This document shows positions 14,900 through 20,000 of a stretch of 20,000 nt of DNA, in pieces. The stretch comes from an uncultured virus (IMG/VR IMGVR_UViG_3300021400_000153) (Duplodnaviria; Heunggongvirae; Uroviricota; Caudoviricetes), in the IMG/VR virus record IMGVR_UViG_3300021400_000153, one strand, 5' to 3'. The translations under genes and the position numbers were made by a program. How positions within the stretch are numbered: position 1 is the stretch's first letter; every line of letters begins with the position of its first letter. The notes beneath the pieces are model-generated. The model had not been told where the DNA came from. It was given only the letters and a program-made list of their open reading frames with translations, and ran no database searches.

Positions 14900-16948
14900 A
14901 TGGCTAAACAGTTTTTAGACGAAAATGAAATACGGAAAGCGATATCCATTATCAAGAAAGATTCCGTAACAGGAGTTTTTGAGATCAGGATACTGGAGTC
15001 CGGGCGAAAAGATGCCACGGTCGGATACTTCACTGATGTGGACACGATGCTCGACAAATTGAGGAGGCAGCGTCTACAGGGGAAAAACGTATACATCGTT
15101 CTGAATGAGATTAATAAAGCCTGTTACGCCAAGACAGCAAGAGATGAATTTGTCCCGAAAGCATCATCTACAGGAGATAAAGACATCATTGGCAGATGGT
15201 GGATATTAATTGATTTAGATCCCATCAGGCCGTCTGACACATCATCGTCTGATGAATCAGTTGCGAAAGCAAAAGTCAAGGCTAAACAGGTGTATGACTT
15301 TCTGAAGCAACAAGGCTTTACGGAGCCGCTGATTGGCTTTAGCGGAAATGGATATCATCTCTTATACAGGGTTTGTGTAAAGAACACGGATCAGGTAAAA
15401 GATACGATACAACGCTTTCTCAACACACTGAATGTTCTTTTTACGGATAGCGACACGAAAGTCGATACCGCAAACTTTAATGCGGCTCGTATATGTAAGC
15501 TATACGGAACTTTGGCACAGAAGGGAAGTGATACGGAAGAGTACCCTCACAGGATGAGTAATATCATCAGAGTCCCGCAGGAATTCGCACCAGTGCCAAT
15601 CGAATACATTGATAAGGTAAACCAGATTATACCTGATAAGCCAGATACTCCGCAGAGGTACAACAACTACAACGGCAAGTCTTTTGATCTCGTAGAATGG
15701 ATGAATAAGCACGGAATCCATTATAACCCGATCAAGGTTGGTGACGGCACAAGGTACATACTCGATCACTGTCCATTTAATCATGATCACACTGGGAAAG
15801 ACGCGATGATTTTCCAGAGCAATTCTGGAGCAATCGGATTTCACTGCTTTCATGATTCATGTCAGGACAAGACATGGAAGGACGTGCGGATTCTCTATGA
15901 GCCGGATGCGTATGAGCGCAAGTGGAAACAACAAGACGAAAGGATGTATGGTCATTTCAGAAGGAATGAACCAAAGCCGGAGCCACAGCCGTTAGTCCAA
16001 AAAGAGGGTAACCCGATATGGCTTACGCCGATGGATGTATTCAATGAGCCGAGGAGAGAAGTTCATTATATCAAGACCGGGTACACTGGCGTTGATAGAA
16101 AAATGTACGGACTCAAAAAGAAAGGCCTGTCGGTATTGACAGGATTGAGATCTGCGGGAAAGTCAACGTGGTTAAGCGGTCTGATTCTGAATGTTATCCA
16201 GGACGGCAACATTGTTGGATGCTATTCGGGCGAATTGGATGAACAGGACTTCATGCGTTGGATTATTCAGCAAGCAGCCGGAAAGACAGGGGTTGAACCC
16301 GGTCGGTATGAAGGGCAGTACAATGTGCCATTGCGAAACAGAAAGTTGATAAGTGAGTGGCTACAAGGGAAATTATTCCTGTACAACAACAGCTACGGAA
16401 ACAATTTTCAGCAAATCCTGATTGAGGTCGAGAAAAAAATCAAAAGTGACAAACTCGATTTAGTGGTTCTCGACAACTTGATGGCACTGGACATTGATGG
16501 ACTCGATTACCAGAAACTGGACGCTCAGAAGAAATTCGTCCTGTCACTGAAGAATTTGGCTGTTGCAGAGGATGTCCACATCATGTTTGTAGCGCATCCG
16601 AGAAAAACAGTAAGTTTTCTGCGATTGGAGGATATAAGCGGTTCCGGCGATCTTGCCAATGCTGTTGATAACGCATTCCTGATTCATCGGTGCAATGAAG
16701 ACTTCAAGACGAGAAGTAAGGAAATGTTCAAATGGAAAGATGACCATATCGCATACTCAGGCACAAACGTCATCGAGGTGGCGAAAGACAGAGAGAGCGG
16801 TACACAGGATTGGTTTATACCGATCTGGTATGAAAAAGAATCCAGACGAATGAAAAACAGTATAGCTGAAAATGTCCTGTACGGTTGGCAAGAGGACAAT
16901 GACGGCTTTGTAGATGTTCCAGAAGGAGATGGTATAGACTTCAGATGA
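14900..16948 (+). CDS. Primase-helicase: AEP/PrimPol-like N-domain, Zn-binding domain and SF4 (DnaB/Twinkle-like) helicase
   Basis: WILIDLDP and FSGNGYHLLY (AEP motifs I/II); CPFNHDH...CFHDSC; Walker A GLRSAGKST, VVLDNL, FVAHPRK and DISGSGDL. Confidence 0.85.
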   Translation: MAKQFLDENEIRKAISIIKKDSVTGVFEIRILESGRKDATVGYFTDVDTMLDKLRRQRLQGKNVYIVLNEINKACYAKTARDEFVPKASSTGDKDIIGRWWILIDLDPIRPSDTSSSDESVAKAKVKAKQVYDFLKQQGFTEPLIGFSGNGYHLLYRVCVKNTDQVKDTIQRFLNTLNVLFTDSDTKVDTANFNAARICKLYGTLAQKGSDTEEYPHRMSNIIRVPQEFAPVPIEYIDKVNQIIPDKPDTPQRYNNYNGKSFDLVEWMNKHGIHYNPIKVGDGTRYILDHCPFNHDHTGKDAMIFQSNSGAIGFHCFHDSCQDKTWKDVRILYEPDAYERKWKQQDERMYGHFRRNEPKPEPQPLVQKEGNPIWLTPMDVFNEPRREVHYIKTGYTGVDRKMYGLKKKGLSVLTGLRSAGKSTWLSGLILNVIQDGNIVGCYSGELDEQDFMRWIIQQAAGKTGVEPGRYEGQYNVPLRNRKLISEWLQGKLFLYNNSYGNNFQQILIEVEKKIKSDKLDLVVLDNLMALDIDGLDYQKLDAQKKFVLSLKNLAVAEDVHIMFVAHPRKTVSFLRLEDISGSGDLANAVDNAFLIHRCNEDFKTRSKEMFKWKDDHIAYSGTNVIEVAKDRESGTQDWFIPIWYEKESRRMKNSIAENVLYGWQEDNDGFVDVPEGDGIDFR

Positions 16949-17376
16949 CAGAAAATGAAATCAAGACCTACCAAAGGATCGTCACTGATTACTGGAATCT
17001 TATAAAAAAGCTGATTCCGAAAACTAAAGACGATGCGTTCTGGTCGGAAACGGTCGATGAGTTAGGAAAACTGCAAGCACAACATAAACATAGGTTTTCT
17101 GCGGCATTGAATTACTGCGTTCTCGATGAACTGGACAAGGTGTCAAAGCTGAACGACATGTCTGATGTGAAAATCTACTACAACGTGATGGTGGATTGCG
17201 GGTCAGCCATGAAATATGCGGATGATTTCAAGGCGTTCACGAAGGAACTGAAATCCAGGTTCGGGAAATACAACGGCAACAGATTTGCGATGGCAATTTT
17301 TGACAAGGCACAGGAAGAGTCGGCAAGGCTGACAACTGAGAGAGAGGGTGATGAAAATTTTAAAGGTGAAACTTGA
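16945..17376 (+). CDS. Hypothetical protein built from two similar roughly 70-aa halves
   Basis: 143 aa, ATGA overlap. EIKTYQRIVTD...HRFSAAL versus DVKIYYNVMVD...NRFAMAI. Confidence 0.7.
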   Translation: MTENEIKTYQRIVTDYWNLIKKLIPKTKDDAFWSETVDELGKLQAQHKHRFSAALNYCVLDELDKVSKLNDMSDVKIYYNVMVDCGSAMKYADDFKAFTKELKSRFGKYNGNRFAMAIFDKAQEESARLTTEREGDENFKGET

Positions 17377-17773
17377 TGAAGGGGCGTATAAGCCCGAAAG
17401 AGCCTATAGCACGGATGCCGGATATGATCTGCGTACACCGATAGACTTTACGGTTCCGGCACATGGATCAAGCGTGGTTGACAGCGGCGTTCATGTCCTG
17501 ATTTCAAAGGGATACGTTGGGATGCTGAAAAGTAAATCCGGCTTAAACGTAAAGCACAACATTACAGGCGAAGGAACGGTTGATGCTCATTATGTTGGGG
17601 CAATCAAAGTGAAACTTTTCAATCACGGAGATGATGATTATTCGTTCAAGCGCGGCGATAAAATCATTCAGCTTGTCATCATGCCGATTGCAACGCCGGA
17701 AATCGAAATCGTTGACGAACTGCCCGAAACAGATCGTGGCAGTAACGGCTTCGGATCCACGGGGTATCGATAA
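17351..17773 (+). CDS. dut: Trimeric dUTPase
   Basis: All five motifs present: AGYDL, KSKSG, GTVDAHYVG, IIQLV and RGSNGFGSTG. Exact start uncertain (17348, 17351 or 17357). Confidence 0.95.
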   Translation: MKILKVKLDEGAYKPERAYSTDAGYDLRTPIDFTVPAHGSSVVDSGVHVLISKGYVGMLKSKSGLNVKHNITGEGTVDAHYVGAIKVKLFNHGDDDYSFKRGDKIIQLVIMPIATPEIEIVDELPETDRGSNGFGSTGYR

Positions 17774-17950
17774 ATGAGCGATGCAGAACTCAGATGCTCA
17801 ATAGTCACAATTCTGATGAGTCAGGCAACGATACTGAGGATACTCAGTGGGCTTGTAAGGCAGACCAAAGCAAAGACGATTTTGGACTACGCGAAGGAAC
17901 TGGACAACTTTTCCAACGCGCTGATGATCGACATGGAGGATAACAAATGA
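17774..17950 (+). CDS. Small hypothetical protein (58 aa, not in the supplied ORF track)
   Basis: MSDAELRCSIVTILMSQ...MEDNK. It starts directly after the dut stop and ends in an ATGA overlap with the next gene, so it tiles the gap exactly. Confidence 0.6.
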   Translation: MSDAELRCSIVTILMSQATILRILSGLVRQTKAKTILDYAKELDNFSNALMIDMEDNK

Positions 17951-18159
17951 TATCCGCACACGAGGCACATAAGCTGCTTGTACGAAGCGGATACGAAGTG
18001 TTGATTAACTCCCCATACAAATACCCGGTAGTGTACAACACACCTTTTAAGGACGTGGCTGAATTCCTCCACAGCAACGGATATCAGGGGATGTTCCTGT
18101 GTATTAATGAATTGAAGAGTAAGAAGGGGAAAAAGACGGATGAAAGACCTAATCATTGA
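17947..18159 (+). CDS. Hypothetical phage protein
   Basis: 70 aa, SD GGAGG. Confidence 0.65.
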   Translation: MISAHEAHKLLVRSGYEVLINSPYKYPVVYNTPFKDVAEFLHSNGYQGMFLCINELKSKKGKKTDERPNH

Positions 18160-19558
18160 TTTGTTTGCGGGTGGTGGCGGGGCATCTGTCGGAATAGAAA
18201 TGGCTCTTGGAAGACAGGTAGATATAGCCGTAAACCACGATCCACAGGCAATTCTGATGCACAAGACAAATCATCCGCATACGAAACACATCACAGAAGA
18301 TATCTTTACGGTTGATCTGCAAAAGTACGTTAAAGGCAGAAAAGTCTCTCTGATGTGGGCATCTCCTGATTGCACACAGTTCAGTAAAGCCAAAGGATCG
18401 AAGCCGAGAATCAGCGGGATCCGTTCTCTTCCGTGGGCGGTATACGGACACGCCAAAGCAGTTAAGCCGGAAGTGCTGATAATGGAAAATGTCGAGGAGA
18501 TCCAGGATTGGGGTGCGCTTGATGAAAATGGTTATCCCATCAAGGAAGACAGGGGAAAAGAGTACGAGCGTTTCATCAAATCAATGTGTGACCTTGGCTA
18601 TGAATTCGATTGCCGTGAACTGATTGCCGCTGACTATGGCGCTCCAACGACAAGAAAAAGGTGGTATGCCATCTTCAGACGAGACGGACGAAAAATCGTG
18701 TGGCCTACGCCTACGCATTTCAAGAGCCTAAAGCCAAAATGGAAAGCATGTGGAGACTACATTGATTGGTCAGACCTTGGCACGTCAATTTTCGACAGGA
18801 AAAAGCCCCTCGCGGAAAAGACACAGGCACGGATTGCTTACGGCATAAAGAAATACATTCTGGATAACCCGGATCCGTATGTGGTGAAGGACAACAGAGC
18901 GTTGGCGTTCATGATTCAGTATCACAGCGAACAGAGAAACGGCGAAGCGCGAGGACAGCTTTTGACGGAGCCAATCAAAACGCTCGATACGAGCAACAGA
19001 TATGGGCTTGTAACTGCGTTCATCACAAAGTTTTACAAAACAGGAGTAGGGCAAAGCTGCGAGGAACCGATACACACAATCACAACAAGTCCTGGTCACT
19101 TCGGAGCTGTCACGGCATATCTAGTAAAGTTTTACAGTAATCCAGAGACGAACAATCAGGGGATGGAAAGGCCGCTTGATACAATCACAACCGTAGATAG
19201 GTTCGGACTTGTTTCGGTATTTTTGAACAAATACTACAGTCAAGATAGTTCCGGCATGATTGGAGTGATGGTCGAGATTGACGGGGAGAAATATATAATC
19301 GCAGATATTTTTCTGAGAATGCTGAAGCCGGAGGAATTGAAAGTACTTCAAGGATTCCCAGACGATTACATCATCGACAGAGATTATAAATGGCGTGTTT
19401 ATCCGAAATCAGAACAAGTTGCAAGAATTGGAAATTCAGTAGTCCCTGTGATGGCGAAGACGCTTGTTGAGGCGAACTGCCCATATCTGAAGGTCGGGAA
19501 CAGGCAACCAATACCAAAAACGTATTGGAATTCACAAGGACAAATGGCATTTGCCTGA
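18140..19558 (+). CDS. Orphan C5-cytosine DNA methyltransferase
   Basis: IDLFAGGGG (motif I), ASPDC (IV), MENV (VI), RKRW (VIII), LQGFP and IGNSV. Variable region has EPIKTLDT / EPIHTITT / RPLDTITT repeats. Confidence 0.93.
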   Translation: MKDLIIDLFAGGGGASVGIEMALGRQVDIAVNHDPQAILMHKTNHPHTKHITEDIFTVDLQKYVKGRKVSLMWASPDCTQFSKAKGSKPRISGIRSLPWAVYGHAKAVKPEVLIMENVEEIQDWGALDENGYPIKEDRGKEYERFIKSMCDLGYEFDCRELIAADYGAPTTRKRWYAIFRRDGRKIVWPTPTHFKSLKPKWKACGDYIDWSDLGTSIFDRKKPLAEKTQARIAYGIKKYILDNPDPYVVKDNRALAFMIQYHSEQRNGEARGQLLTEPIKTLDTSNRYGLVTAFITKFYKTGVGQSCEEPIHTITTSPGHFGAVTAYLVKFYSNPETNNQGMERPLDTITTVDRFGLVSVFLNKYYSQDSSGMIGVMVEIDGEKYIIADIFLRMLKPEELKVLQGFPDDYIIDRDYKWRVYPKSEQVARIGNSVVPVMAKTLVEANCPYLKVGNRQPIPKTYWNSQGQMAFA

Positions 19559-19581
19559 TCAAAACATAATAATTCACATCC

Positions 19582-19638
19582 ATCCCGTGGGGAACCGTAT
19601 ATCAAATTCCTATCTGTATCCCTATCGAACCCACGGAT
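19582..19638 (+). ncRNA. Intergenic stem-loop with four TATC motifs in the loop
   Basis: CCGTGGG (19585-19591) / CCCACGG (19630-19636) closes a 38-nt loop that shares AATTCCTATCTGT with the 13475-13487 loop. Confidence 0.5.
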
Positions 19639-19653
19639 ATTCAAAAGGAGAAT

Positions 19654-20000
19654 ATGACAAATACTTACGATTCGGAGTATCAGCGTAAGTATCACCGACA
19701 GCGGAGAGAAATCCTTCTGAAGATGCATATCTGTGTTTACTGCGGCAAAAATGACGCTTGCAAGGGTGAAACCATATGCGTTGAGTGCAAAGAGAAGAAA
19801 CGCGAATACGATGCACAGCGCAAGGAATCAGCCAGTATTAAAGCAAAGGAAAGGCGTGAACGCCTAAAGGCAGAAGGGATATGCGTACAGTGCGGAAAGA
19901 ACAAAGCTGCGTCAGGACATACGCTTTGCTCCACTTGCAAGAGCAAGAACAAGTACAGGATGCGGAGACACCGCAGAAGGAATCATGGCGGCCTGTACAG
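19654..20000 (+). CDS. Basic protein with two CxxC...CxxC zinc-finger repeats (3'-partial, not in the supplied ORF track)
   Basis: ATG at 19654 after AAAAGGAG. MTNTYDSEYQ...ICVYCGKN...ICVEC...GICVQCGKN...LCSTC; frame open to the window end. Confidence 0.8.
   Translation, partial: MTNTYDSEYQRKYHRQRREILLKMHICVYCGKNDACKGETICVECKEKKREYDAQRKESASIKAKERRERLKAEGICVQCGKNKAASGHTLCSTCKSKNKYRMRRHRRRNHGGLY

Overview
The window is the end of the lysis module plus the lysogeny and early (recombination/replication) modules of a temperate tailed phage. The gene set and SD style suggest a Firmicutes (Clostridia/Lachnospiraceae-like) host; this is inferred. Gene order: CHAP+SH3 endolysin (5' end outside the window), an apparently intact attP (tRNA 3'-end core flanked by paired arm repeats), leftward integrase, ImmA-like protease and repressor, then a divergent switch with four 19-bp operators. 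A long rightward early operon follows: Cro-like, HNH, ParB-like, ORF6C-like, HTH, Rad50/SbcC-like ATPase, RecT, MBL-fold hydrolase, SSB, ERCC4 nuclease, PD-(D/E)XK nuclease, replisome organizer with iterons, AEP-primase/SF4-helicase fusion, dUTPase, C5 DNA methyltransferase and a zinc-finger protein. The most unusual signals are non-coding. (1) A tRNA-like RNA at 9166-9256 has perfect acceptor, D and T arms, but its anticodon region is expanded into a possible pseudoknot. (2) A roughly 280-nt structured region with anti-SD loops lies directly upstream of it. (3) Dispersed + strand intergenic stem-loops display UAUC-rich loops (8883-8982, 13409-13520, 19582-19638). All calls were made by eye; no searches or folding programs were run.
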